This document shows positions 13,102 to 25,528 of a DNA stretch of 64,000 nucleotides, piece after piece (position 1 is the stretch's first letter; each line of letters begins with the position of its first letter). The translations under genes and the position numbers were made by a program. Source of the stretch: Phyllobates terribilis (lineage: Eukaryota); NCBI RefSeq assembly GCF_046119375.1, contig NW_027362761.1, positions 536,858,001 through 536,922,000 on the forward strand. The letters run 5' to 3'. Under the pieces are notes generated by a model, which did not search any database, was not told the origin of the DNA, and worked only from the letters and a program-made list of their open reading frames with translations.

Positions 13102-14373
13102 TGTGGCGCCCCTGAGGGTTCAGTCGCCACAGGGGTACTGCACCTCAGCTTGAGGTGTGGTATCTCCTCTTCCAGGTAAGGATGGAGCACTTCTCAGGAC
13201 CCTACTTCACCATTCAACACTACACCACTCCTGTCCTGTAGGGGGCCTAAATGCACTAGGGTGCTGCCCCGGCCCGGGATATAGGAGATGGGGGGGGGGG
13301 AACAAAGATAGGGGGAACCATGTAGTGGGTGAGGGTGGAGAACACACTTTTAGGTTACACTTATTCATTCATATTTAATCTACAGCCATCTTAGGTTCAA
13401 GGTCTTTGATTGTGATCTTCATCGCTGATTGTGGCCTTCTGCTAGAACTTGCAGCCTATTGAAGATACACGATCCTCGTTCTCTGGCCTTGAGGCGAGGA
13501 GCGGGTCAGAGTTACCCACTGCCTCTACCCGGTCAAGGTCCCTACCTAAGAAGGCCTGGAGGGGAGCAGAGGAGACAAGCTCCACAGGCAAAAGGATCCC
13601 TGGGGGATACGGACGGAGCGGCATACGCCACCTGTATTTCTTACTCTGGCCTAGTCAGAGGGACTCCTGCTGCAAGAGGGGTGACCGGCCCCCGATATCT
13701 GACTCTGTTACTTCACATCTCAGTCAGAAAAGCCCGGAGGCTTAGTGGATCCCAGGAGGGATATGGACGGAGCGGCATACGCCACCTGTAACTCTCTACC
13801 TGCGTTTATCTAGTGCGACCCGGCCTTACACCTAGTTCTAACCACACATACAGTCAGGAGAAGACTTAGTGGGAGAACTCACCAAGGAGAGGAACACACA
13901 CCAGAGGGGTCTCGACAGGTGCTCCTGATCTACCTGGAAAGTGCTGGACCCCCTTCCTGGTGGCCGCAGTACGCCGCAAGGAGCAGAGGGAAACTTTGCG
14001 GCTAAAGTACATCTGAATGTGAGTAAAAACCCGGATGACTTCACACCCCGCTTCAGCCTGTTATTTCCTGCGCGGCACTGCACCCACCACTCTTTCTCAC
14101 AATGCCCTGAGGCCTGCTCTGCCTGCGGGGAGCCGTCCCATCTATACTGCCTTTAACACCGGCCTCAGTGGACTGAAGCAGCGCTGGTGTCCATCACCGG
14201 AAACCGTAGGTGGCGTAGTCAGAAAATACCACTAAACCCTGAAAGCCCATTAAATCTTTTATGTGACCGCCCTGGGCACAGACCGGGTCCGGGCCACGAC
14301 TGCAACCCCGAGACACCTACACTGACCCGGCTCCGAGTAACCCCATTTCCCAGGGAGGGCTGAGAGCATCACA
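13102..14373 (+). mobile_element. Solo LTR, family A (duplicate of 4708-5979)
   Basis: Same termini and CAGG TSD; only a few substitutions versus the 4708 copy. Confidence 0.92.
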
Positions 14374-14548
14374 CAGGCTGCATGTATGTACAGTCATGGA
14401 GGGTGCAGGCTGCATGGATGCACAGTGATGGAGGGTGCAGGCTGCATGTATGCACAGTGATGGACGGTGCAGGCTGCATGTATGTACAGTGATGGAGGGT
14501 GCAGGCTGCATGTGTGCACAGTGATGGAGGGTGCCGACTACATGTATG

Positions 14549-15612
14549 TGTGGCACCCCAGGGGTCTGGTTTCCACAGTAACAAGCAATGTTATGTCTGA
14601 GAGCAGGTGGGAGGTCTCTTGGTCAGGGATCCTGTGCATGCCACACCTCCTGCCCAGTCCTGGGAGGGGAAGGACTTCCCCTAGAAAAACCTGGGGCTGA
14701 GGCAGAGTTAGTGAGTTCAGAGGGAGAGTGGAGCCAGGAGGGCTGACAGGGAGCTGTGGCTCCGGCTGGGCCCAGCTCCTGGGCCCTGCCAGAAGTAGAG
14801 ACAGAGAAGCAGCATAGGAAGAAACAACAGGAGCTCTGTGGGAGCAGTGTTACAAGGAGTCAGGGGCTGGCAGCTGCAGAGCTCGCCCTGACTGAGAAGA
14901 TTTCTTACCGGACCCGGAGTCCGAGGCTGTGGGGACTAACTCCTACCCAGCAGCAGAATCCGTCAGGCAGGGGATTTCAGGTCCTCTGGCCAAGAAGCCC
15001 GAAGGCACGGTCACACGCATGGGACCAGCACCGCCGTCGTGGAGCGGAAGCTACTAGAAGGCCCCGAGTCACCGGCCATACGGGTGAGCACCACACGGTA
15101 CACTCAGGGACGTGGGCTACTTATACCGCCTCTAGCAAGGTAGCCAGAAGAGTACAGTTAGTTTGGGAGGCCTACAACTCCGCCTGGCCAGGGGAGATCC
15201 CATCTGCTCAAGGACTGACCAGGCCCCAATCGCTAGCCAGTACTCCGGGAGGGTCTATCGTTGTCACCAGTAAAGACCCTGAACTACACCGTACCGTCTC
15301 TGAGTGGTTCCTGCTACCCCCATCATCCACGTCGGCTGCCCTGAGGCCATACCCCTCCCGTTGGGGGTTATACCATCTACGCTGCACTATCCTACCACCG
15401 GCCTCAGCGGTCTGCCCTGCAGCGGCAGCTCCATAGCTGCATTCAACGGGTGGCGTAGTCGTCCTACATCTACTGCTAAAACAGCGCCACTTAGTCTGAC
15501 TCCCTGGGCACGGACCGGATCACCGCCACGAGACTACAACCCTCAAGAGATCCGGCTCCGGGTAAGCTCCCGCGTGCGCAACGCAGCGCGACACAGGCCC
15601 AGGGGCGCGTCA
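14549..15612 (+). mobile_element. Solo LTR, family B
   Basis: Same termini and TATG TSD as the other B copies. Confidence 0.93.
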
Positions 15613-17797
15613 TATGCACAGTGATGGAGGATGCAGGCTGCATGTATGCACAGTGATGGAGGGTGCAAGCTGCATGTATGCACAGTGATGGACGGTGCAG
15701 GCTGCATGTATGTACAGTGATGGAGAGTTAAGGCTGCATGCATGCACAGTGATGGAGGGTGCAGGCTGCATGTATGTACAGTCATGGAGGGTGCAGGCTG
15801 CATGTATGCACAGTGATGGACGGTGCAGGCTGCATGTATGTACAGTGATGGAGGGTGCAGGCTGCATGTATGCACAGTGATGGAGGGTGCAGGCTGCATG
15901 TGTGCACAGTGATGGAGGCTGCAGGTTGTATGTATGCACAGTGATGGAGGCTGCATGTATGCACAGTGATGGAGGCTGCAGGCTGCATGTATGCACAGTG
16001 CTGGAGGCTGCAGGCTGCATGTATGCACAGTGATGGAGGCTGCATGTATGCACAGTGATGGAGGGCGCAGGCGGCATGTGTGCACAGTGATGGAGGGTGC
16101 AGGCTGCATGTGTGCACAGTGATGGAGGGTGCAGGCTGCATGTGTGCACAGTGATGGAGGGTGCATGTATGCACAGTGATGGAGGCTGCATGTATGTACA
16201 GTGATGGAGGATGCAGGCTGCATGTGTGCACAGTGATGGGGGATGCAGGCTGCATGTGTGCACAGTGATGGAGGGTGCATGTATGCACAGTGATGGAGGC
16301 TGCATGTATGTACAGTGATGGAGGATGCAGGCTGCATGTGTGCACAGTGATGGGGGATGCAGGCTGCATGTGTGCACAGTGATGGAGGCTGCATGTAGGT
16401 ACAGTGATGGAGGGTGCTGGTTGCATGTGTGCACAGTGATGGAGGGTTTAGGCTGCATTTATGTACAGTGATGGAGGGTGCAGGCTGCATGTGTGCACAG
16501 TGATGGAGGGTGCAGGCTGCATTTATGTACAGTGATGGAGGGTGCAGGCTGCATGTATGCACAGTGATGGAGGGTGCAGACTGCATGTATGCACAGTGAT
16601 GGAGGGTGCAAGTTGCATGTATGCACAGTGAAGGAGGGTGCATGTATGCACAGTGATGGAGGGTGCAGGCTGCATGTACGTACAGTGATGGACGATGCAT
16701 GTATGCACAGTGATGAATGCTGCATATATGTACAGTGATGAAGGGTGCAGGCTGCATGTATGCACAGTGATGGTGGGTGCAGACTGCATGTATGCACCGT
16801 GATGGAGGGTGCATGTATGCTCAGTGATGAAGGGTGCAGGCTGCATGTATGCACAGTGATGGAGGGTGCAGGCTGCATGTATGCACCGTGATGGAGGGTG
16901 CAAGTTGCATGTATGCATAGTGATGCCGGCTGCATGTATGCGCAGTGATGGAGGCTGCAGGCTGCATGTATGCACAGTGATGGAGGGTGCAGGCTACATG
17001 TATGCACAGTGATGGAGGGTGCCGACTACATGTATGCACAGTGATGGAGGGTGCAAGTTGCATGTATGCACAGTGATGGAGGCTGCATGTATGCACAGTG
17101 ATGAAGGGTGCAGGCTGCATGTAGGTACAGTGATGGAGGGTGCTGGCTGCATGTGTGCACAGTGATGGAGGGTGCAGGCTGCATGTATGCACAGTGATGG
17201 AGGGTGCAGGCTGCATGTATGCACAGTGATGGAGGGTGCAGACTGCATGTATGCACAGTGATGGAGGGTGCTGGCTGCATGTATGCTCAGTGATGAAGGG
17301 TGCAGGCTGCATGTATGCACCGTGATGGAGGGTGCAAGCTGCATGTACTCACAGTGATGGAGGGTGCAAGTTGCATGTATGCACAGTGATGGAGGGTGCA
17401 GGCTGCATGTATGCACAGAGATGGATGGTGCAGGCTGCATGTATGTGACTCGACCCCTGGGCCGTGGGGTACCCGGAACCGGGCTTCTGTGCATAGTGAT
17501 GCAGGCTGCGTGTATGCATAGTGATGGAGGCTGCAGGCTGCATGTATGCACAGTAATGGAGGTTGCAGGCTACATGTATGCACAGTGATGTAGGGTGCCG
17601 ACTACATGTATGCACAGTGATGGAGGCTGCATGTATGCACAGTGATGGAGGGTGCCGACTACATGTATGCACAGCGATGGGGGGTGCTGGCTGCATGTAT
17701 GCACAGTGATGGAGGGTGCAAGTTGCATGTATGCACAGTGATGGAGGGTGCAGGCTGCATGTATGCACAGAGATGGATGGTGCAGGCTGCATGTATG

Positions 17798-19066
17798 TGA
17801 CTCGCCCCCTGGGCCGTGGGGTACCCGGAACCGGGCTTCTGTGCAATGCTGGGGGTAGTAGTGGCAACCCGATCCCGTGGCTCAGGGTGGTCAGACCAAA
17901 TGCTGCGCAGTCTATTTATAGGTTTGGGAATGTCCGACTACGCCACCCGTGGATCGCGGTCAGGGATGACCGCCGCTGCAAGGCAGACCGCTGAGGCTGG
18001 TGTTGGTGTGCAGCAGAGGGATAGGATAACTCCCCACGGAAAGAGTGTAGCCTCAGGGCAGTGTAAGTGGATGCTGGGGGTGATGGTGCAGGCGCAGCAT
18101 AAATCACACCGAGTCCAATGGTGCAGTTCAGGCCTTTTACTCACAGTTGATATCCAAGTCACTTCTGACAGCAATGACTGCCCAAGCCTTGCTGCGTCCA
18201 GCAGGTGAGGGGCTCGGTCAACCCCCAGGCAACTCAGGAGTGTGGCACAGGACCCCCTTCTATCCTTTCTCTGGCCTCTCGTGCCCCAGCAGTGACCACG
18301 CTTCTGTCCGGCTGCCTCGGGCTGCCTCGGGCCTTCTCTGGTAAAACTTGGCGCCAGTTTCCCTGACCCTATGTTGTGCCTTCCTAGCAGGTGTAGCAGG
18401 GGGTCGCACCAATAAATGATCACGACCTCCGGTTCTTGGCTGAGGGATGATTTACCTCCACCAACTTGGGAATCCGGTACCCTTCCACGGCCTGACCCTT
18501 CACCCGATATTACGCGGGCTTGCAACGGTTGCTGTCCGTTCTGCTCTCTTAGGGTCCCTTCTGCCTTCTTGTTTCTGGAGCCTTTCTACTTCTCTGTCTC
18601 TCCTCTTTCCTTCCTTCTCCTTCTCTTCTTCTCCTCTCTGGCCCCGGCCTTTTCTCTAGGCCTGCCTTCTGAGCAGAGCTCCTACAGAGCCTCTGCTCCC
18701 TCTCACCTCTCTACTGTACTGACCTCTCAGAACTAAGATGGCTCCCACCTTTTATCTGCTTCTCTGTGTCTGAGCTCAGGTGACCTGTACCCAATGAGCT
18801 CCTTCCTATGCTCCAGAAACCGTCCCCTACTGCTCCTACATCACTCGGTTCTCTCCCCCCTCCCCACTCCAGCCAGGGACATGGTCAGTTGTGCCTGCAT
18901 AAATGGGAGCACCGTCGAGCTGTCCCCCGGAAATGGGGTGAGTGTGTATGTGTGTGTGCAGCTAACTGAGCCCTAGTCCATACTCCATCCTTACCTGAGA
19001 GTGGAATATCACACCTCTGGTTGAGGTGCAATACCCCTGTAGCAACCGAACCCTCGAGGCGCTACA
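17798..19066 (-). mobile_element. Solo LTR, family C (1269 bp), inverted
   Basis: Minus strand reads TGTAGCGCC...GGCGAGTCA; TATG on both sides (17794-17797 / 19067-19070); homologous to 47948-49210. Confidence 0.9.
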
Positions 19067-20952
19067 TATGCACAGTGATGGAGGGTGCAAGCTGCATGTA
19101 TGCACAGTGATGGGGGTGCTGGCTGCATGTATGCACAGTGATGGAGGGTGCTGGCTGCATGTATGCACAGTGATGGAGGGTGCTGGCTGCATGTATGCAT
19201 AGTGATGGAGGGTGCAGGCTGCATGTATGCACAGTGATGGAGGGTGCAAGTTGCATGTATGCACAGTGATGGAGGGTGCAGGCTGCATGTATGCACAGTG
19301 TTGGAGGGTGCAGGCTGCATGTATGCACAGTGATGGAGGATGCATGTATGTACAGTGATGGAGGGTGCAAGTTGCATGTATGCACAGTGATGGAGGGTGC
19401 AAGCTGCATGTATGCATAGTGATGGAGGGTGCAGGCTGCATATGTGCACAGTGATGGAGGATGCATGTATGTACAGTGATGGAGGGTGCAAGTTGCATGT
19501 ATGCACAGTGATGGAGGGTGCAGGCTGCATGTGTGCACAGTGATGGAGGATGCATGTATGTACAGTGATGGAGGGTGCAGGCTGCATGTGTGCACAGTGA
19601 TGGAGGATGCATGTATGTACAGTGATGGAGGGTGCAGGCTGCATGTATGCACAGTGATGGAGGGTGCAGGCTGCATGTATGCACAGTGATGGAGGGTGCA
19701 GGCTGCATGTGTGCACAGTGATGGAGGATGCAGGCTGCATGTTTGCACAGTGATGGAGGGTGCAAGTTGCATGTATGCACAGTGATGGAGGTTGCATGCT
19801 GCATGTGTGCACAGTGATGGAGGCTGCAGGCTGCATGTATGCACAGTGATGGAGGGTGCAGGCTGCATGTATGCACAGTGATGGAGGCTGCATGTATGCT
19901 CAGTGATGGAGGGTGCAAGTTGCATGTATGCACAGTGATGGAGGTTGCATGCTGCATGTGTGCACAGTGATGGAGGGTGCAGGCTGCATGTATGCACAGT
20001 GATGGAGGGTGCAGGCTACATGTATGCACAGTGATGGAGGGTGCAGGCTGCATGTATGCACAGTGATGGAGGCTGCATGTATGCTCAGTGATGGAGGGTG
20101 CAAGTTGCATGTATGCACAGTGATGGAGGTTGCATGCTGCATGTGTGCACAGTGATGGAGGGTGCAGGCTGCATGTATGCACAGTGATGGAGGGTGCAGG
20201 CTACATGTATGCACAGTGATGGAGGGTGCAGGCTGCATGTATGCACAGTGATGGAGGATGCAGGCTACATGTATGTATAGTGATGGAGGGTGCATGTATG
20301 CACAGTGATGGAGGGTGCAAGATGCATGTATGCACAGTGATGGAGGGTGCAAGTTGCATGTATGCACAGTGATGGAGGCTGCAGGCTGCATGTATGCACA
20401 GTGATGGAGGGTGCTGGCTGCATGTATGCACAGTGATGGAGGGTGCAGGCTGCATGTATGCACAGTGATGATGGTGCAAGTTGCATGTATGCACAGTGAT
20501 GGAGGGTGCAAGCTGCATGTATGCACAGTGATGGAGGGTGCAAGCTACATGTATAAAAAGTGATGGAGGGTGCAGGCGGTATGTGTGCACAGTGATGGAG
20601 GGTGCAGGCTGCATTTGTGCACAGTGATGGAGGCTGCATGTATGCTCAGTGATGGAGGGTGCAGGCTGCATTTGTGCACAGTGATGGAGGCTGCATGTAT
20701 GCACAGTGATGGACGGTGCAGGCTGCATGTGTGCACAGTGATGGAGGGTGCAGGCTGCATGTATGCACAGTGATGGAGGGTGCAGGCTGCATGTATGCAC
20801 AGTGATGGAGGGTGCAGGCTGCATTTGTGCACAGTGATGGAGGGTGCAGGCTGCATGTGTGCACAGTAAAGAGATGTAGGCTGCATGTATGCACATTGAT
20901 GGAGGGTGCAGGCTGCATGTGTGCACAGTAAAGAGATGTAGGCTGCACCCTT

Positions 20953-21050
20953 CATATTATTATTATTGTTATTTGCCAGTATTGATTCCATGGCGCTGTA
21001 CATTAGAAGGGGTTACATACAAAATACAGATATCACTTGCAGTAACAAAT
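20953..21050 (-). mobile_element. Possible degraded LINE/SINE 3' tail
   Basis: (ATT)n run followed by ATTCCATGGCGCTGTACA resembles an inverted L2-type 3' end; short and degenerate. Confidence 0.35.
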
Positions 21051-22616
21051 AAAGTTATATTGTGGTACTGTGTTAGCCAGAAAAATCGATGCAAATACTT
21101 TTATGCCCAAAAATGACAAAAGCACTCTCTTCATATCTCATTAATGGGGGAGTCTGTATTCACTGGAGATTTTACTGGTAAATTGTGAGAATGAAAGATC
21201 AGTCCAGGAGGAGAAAGAAGCGGATTTCTCTTCTTTTCTCCTCTCCCTATGACGGACGTTACGATTAGACATGGATTATCCTCCCTGCATATTGCTGGCA
21301 GTGACACTATAGGATTGGGCTCAGCACCATGGACAGCGCAGTATCATACTTAGTGCTGCACACACTGTGCGACACCGCTGCTGTCCATCATGCCGCAGAT
21401 GTAGCAGTGCTGAGTTTATCATAGATATCTGGGATTATTAGGATCCCCAGATGATGCTGAGCTGGTTTTCATGCAGCCAAAGCCAGACATGGATCCGGTG
21501 GCCGGGAGACGTCCACGTCCTTCCTATATACTGAATTTTCCTGTAAGATCCATTTCTGAGTTTGACTTAAATCCCCCATAAGAATGGATTTATCCTCATT
21601 TATAGACTTAGTCTCAGTTTCTGCAAACAGGGCCGCACTGTGTGAATGAGGCCTAAGGGTTAAACTGGTGGCAATAAGAAATGGGCTTTATCATTAAGCA
21701 TTGAAGTGACAAACTCAGCTCTGCTACACATGCAAGTCATTGTCTGTCTATCCTTATTCCATAGGTACGAAGAAAGGAAGAAAAAGAACTTTTCATGGCA
21801 GGATGGGTGCAAAGGCCCCAAGGTTATCACCAAAATCTCATTCATACAAATCCAAAAAATTAAAGCATCATTTTTTTAGATAGATGGATGGATAAAAAAG
21901 CAAAGAAAGTGGGTAGCACTCAATAGCAAATTCCAGGCAAAAAAAAATGGTGCATGTGAACAAGTGGCAACATTCCAGCTAAAGAGCAAGTGAGTGTCAA
22001 GCAAAATCGATGGATAGATACAGGGATGTAACTACCGCGGTCGCCACCACGACCAGGCCTGGCGGGTGAGGGGCCTGCCGATGCCAGCAAATACTTCAAC
22101 TGGATGTGCGTCCTCGGAAGCTAAAATGTATTACTTATCAGAGACCTGACGGGTCCGTGCGTGGGAATACACACTGCCGGCCAATCAGAGGGGTGCAAGT
22201 GACTGGGAGTGCATTGCAGTGAAGTCAGCTGCCGGATCCAGAAGAAGACACCTCGTGGCGGGGGAGCGGAGGGAAGGTGAGTCATTTTTTTTTTAAATCA
22301 GTGAGTACACGGTGGCCATACAACTACATGGATGACTATGGGCTGTGCATTATACTATATGGAGGACTATAGGCTGCGCATTATACTATATGGAGGACTA
22401 TGGGCTGTGCATTATACTATATGGAGGACTATGGGCTGTGCATTATATTATATGAAGGATATGGTCTGTATTATACTAATATAGAGGTGCATTATACTGT
22501 ATTATATGGAGAACTATGGAGAGTGCTTTATATTATATCATAGAATCATAGAATGGTAGAGTTGGAAGGGACCTACTGGGTCATCTGGTCCAACCCCCTG
22601 CTCAAAGCAGGATTCA

Positions 22617-25406
22617 CTAGATCATTTCAGACAGATGTCTGTCCAGCCTCTGTTTGAAGACGTCTATTGAAGGGGAACTCACCACCTCTTGTGGCAGCCT
22701 GTTCCACTCATTAATCACCCTAACTGTCAAAAAGTTTTTTCTAATATCTAATCTGTGTCTCCTCCCATTTAGTTTCATCCCATTGCTTCTAGTCTTTCCT
22801 TGTGCAAATGAGAATAAAGATGATCCTTCTACAATGTGACAGCCCTTGACATATTTGTAGACAGCTATTAAGTCTCCTCTCAGTCTTCTTTTTTGCAAGC
22901 TAAACATTCCCAAATCCTGCAACCGTTCCTCATAGGACATGGTTTGCAGACCAGTCACCATTCTGGTCGCTCTTCTCTGAACTTGCTCCAGTTTGTCTAT
23001 GTCTTTTTTAAAATGTGGTGCCCAAAACTGTACACAGTATTCCAGATGAGGTCTGACCAAAGAGGAGTAAAGACCGATAATGACTTCACGTGATCTAGAC
23101 TGTATGCTTCTGTTAATACATCCCAGAATTGTATTTGCCTTTTTTGCTGCTGCATCACACTGTTGACTCATGTTCAGTCTATGATCTATTAGTATACCTA
23201 AGTCTTTTTCACATGTACTGTTGCTTAGCTCTATTCCTCCCATTCTGTATATGCTTTTTTCATTTTTATTGCCCAGATGTAGTACTTTGCATTTTTCCCT
23301 GTTAAAAACCATTCTGTTGGTTGCTGCCCACTGCTCCAGTTTATTTAGGTCTTTTTGAATCCTCTCTCTCTCTTCTCTAGTATTAGCTATCCCTCCTAGC
23401 TTTGTGTCATCAGCAAATTTAATCAGTTTACCCTCAATTCCTTCATCTAAATCATTGATAAAGATGTTGAACAATACAGGTCCCAGGACGGAGCCCTGTG
23501 GTACCCCACTTGAGACATTCATCCAGCTGGATGTGAAGCCATTTACAACCACCCTTTGAGTCCGATCACTAAGCCAGTTATGAATCCACCTAACAGTTGC
23601 CTGGTCCATTGCATACTTGGTTATTTTTTCAATAAGGATGGTGTGAGATACTTTGTCAAATGCTTTGCTGAAGTCAAGATATACTATATCTACAGCATTT
23701 CCCTGATCCACCCAGTCAGTGATTCTGTCATAGAAGGAAATTAAGTTAGTCTGACATGACTTGTTAGTTACAAACCCATGCTGACTCTGGTTAATCACTT
23801 CATTCTTATCCATGTACTTACATACATGTTGTTTAATAATTTGTTCAAAGATCTTTCCTGGTATAGAAGTCAGACTCACCGGCCTATAGTTCCCTGGGTC
23901 CACCTTCTTCCCCTTTTTGAAGATAGGAACAACATTTGCTCTTCTCCAGTCTTCTGGGACTTCTCCTGTTCTCCAAGAATTTTCAAAGATTATGGAGAGT
24001 GGTTCTAAAATTTCTTCTACGATCTCCTTCAGTACTCTGGGGTGTAATTCATCTGGACCTGGAGACTTGAACTCATTTATGTTAGCTAAATATTCCCTCA
24101 CAATCTTTCTGTTTACAGATAACTTGGATTCCTCTATTCCTTTAAAAGGACAGTGAAGATCAGTTGATGTTACATTTTCTTTCTGAGAGAAAACAGATGC
24201 AAAATAGGAATTAAAAAGTTTGGCCTTCTCAACATCCTCTCTTACCATTTCTCCATTTTCATCCTGTAAAAATCCTATAGCATCTTTGACTTTTCTTTTA
24301 CTTTTGACATACCCCCAAAATCCTTTTTTATTGCTTTTGACATCTCTTGCAAGCCTTAATTCATTGTCAGCTTTAGCTAACCTGATACGTGCCCTGCAGG
24401 ATCTGCAGACTGCATTATAATCTTCTTTAGATATGCCTCCCTCTTTCCATTTAATAAACATTTCTTTCTTTCTTTTTAGCATGTGTTTAAGTTCTGCGTT
24501 CTTCCATCCTGGTTTCCTTAAAAGCTTCCCATTCTTCCTACTTTTCGGGATTGTTAACGATTGTGCTTTGAGAATCTCATTTTTAAAAATTTCCCATCCT
24601 TCCTGGACATTTTTGTCCTTAAGGACATCCAGCCATTGGATCCCTCCTATTCTCTTTCTGAGTCTCTTAAAATCTGCCTTTCTAAAATCTAACCTTGAAG
24701 TTTGAGTCTTCACATGTCTTCCTCCTCTAGTTATCCAAAATTCTATAATAGCATGATCGCTGCCTCCTAGGGTCCCAGCCACCTTTACCTCCTCAACCAT
24801 TTCCTCCCTGTTTATAAGGATTAGATCCAAAGTAGCAGATCCCCTTGTTTTCTCCCCTACCTTTTGGAAGATAAAGTTGACAGCAAGAGAGGATAAGAAT
24901 TTGCTTGACCTGTTAGTTTTACTTGAGAGAGATTCCCAACAAATGTCTGGATAGTTGAAATCTCCGATGACCACTACGTCATATTTTTTGGAGAACTTGG
25001 TCATTTGATACATAAAGAGTTCATCCATATCTTCAGCTTGCCCAGGTGGCCTGTAGTAAATTCCTACAATGGTGTCCTTTCCGTTGTTCTTTCCTTGTAT
25101 TCTTACCCAAACAGTTTCCACAGAACTCCCAGTCTCTGAAGCTTCAATCTCTGTGCAGATATACGCTTTTCTAACATACAATGCAACACCTCCTCCTCGT
25201 TTATCAAGTCTGTTTCTTGCAAATAAGTTGTATCCTTTTAGCCTTTTATTCCAATCATGTGTATCGTCCCACCAAGTTTCAGTGATTCCAATGACATCAT
25301 ATTCCTTTTCCTGCATTAGTAGTTCCAATTCTCCTTGTTTGTTGCCCATGCTTTGTGTATTTGTATAAAAACATTTTAGTTTGTGATTGGTTTCTCTTCC
25401 TCCCAT
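22617..25406 (-). CDS. CR1 ORF2: apurinic endonuclease + reverse transcriptase, 929 aa, uninterrupted
   Basis: APE motifs (GITETWW, GIYYRPP, GDFNYPDI, LDLIL, SDH) and RT motifs (NYRPVSLTS, YLDFSKAFD, GVPQGSVLGP, KFADD). Confidence 0.96.
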   Translation of the reverse strand: MGGRETNHKLKCFYTNTQSMGNKQGELELLMQEKEYDVIGITETWWDDTHDWNKRLKGYNLFARNRLDKRGGGVALYVRKAYICTEIEASETGSSVETVWVRIQGKNNGKDTIVGIYYRPPGQAEDMDELFMYQMTKFSKKYDVVVIGDFNYPDICWESLSSKTNRSSKFLSSLAVNFIFQKVGEKTRGSATLDLILINREEMVEEVKVAGTLGGSDHAIIEFWITRGGRHVKTQTSRLDFRKADFKRLRKRIGGIQWLDVLKDKNVQEGWEIFKNEILKAQSLTIPKSRKNGKLLRKPGWKNAELKHMLKRKKEMFIKWKEGGISKEDYNAVCRSCRARIRLAKADNELRLARDVKSNKKGFWGYVKSKRKVKDAIGFLQDENGEMVREDVEKAKLFNSYFASVFSQKENVTSTDLHCPFKGIEESKLSVNRKIVREYLANINEFKSPGPDELHPRVLKEIVEEILEPLSIIFENSWRTGEVPEDWRRANVVPIFKKGKKVDPGNYRPVSLTSIPGKIFEQIIKQHVCKYMDKNEVINQSQHGFVTNKSCQTNLISFYDRITDWVDQGNAVDIVYLDFSKAFDKVSHTILIEKITKYAMDQATVRWIHNWLSDRTQRVVVNGFTSSWMNVSSGVPQGSVLGPVLFNIFINDLDEGIEGKLIKFADDTKLGGIANTREERERIQKDLNKLEQWAATNRMVFNREKCKVLHLGNKNEKSIYRMGGIELSNSTCEKDLGILIDHRLNMSQQCDAAAKKANTILGCINRSIQSRSREVIIGLYSSLVRPHLEYCVQFWAPHFKKDIDKLEQVQRRATRMVTGLQTMSYEERLQDLGMFSLQKRRLRGDLIAVYKYVKGCHIVEGSSLFSFAQGKTRSNGMKLNGRRHRLDIRKNFLTVRVINEWNRLPQEVVSSPSIDVFKQRLDRHLSEMI

Positions 25407-25528
25407 ATTTTTATTATTTAAATTGTTTTGTCTTTGTTCTTCTTTTCCACTTCCAGTAGCAGAGATCTCAATAGTATTTGTCAGCTGTATGGCTTTTTCT
25501 GGCCTTTTGCTTCCCTTCCCACATTGTT

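Larger units (their letters stand above)
1..17797. repeat. Tandem segmental duplication: unit = LTR-A + short minisatellite + LTR-B (solo or full element) + long minisatellite; offsets 5866 and 8394 bp
   Basis: Near-identical ORF-track entries recur at 57/5923/14317 and 496/6362/14756. The same minisatellite variant order and the same 48-bp LTR stub recur in each unit. Confidence 0.93.
114..20946. repeat. 32-bp GC-balanced minisatellite (consensus GCAGGCTGCATGTATGCACAGTGATGGAGGGT, with 25-bp variants lacking GCAGGCT), ~11.4 kb net, interrupted by LTR insertions
   Basis: Directly visible in blocks 114-288, 1353-4707, 5980-6154, 9648-13101, 14374-14548, 15613-17797 and 19067-20946. It probably continues left of the window. 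Confidence 0.97.

Noticed and set aside
1283-20948. Dozens of long His/Cys-rich ORFs (HTCSLHPPSLCIHAAC...) on the minus strand
   Set aside because: Artefact: the minus strand of the 32-mer has no stop triplet, so all three frames stay open. The period is not a multiple of 3 and there is no real zinc-finger spacing.
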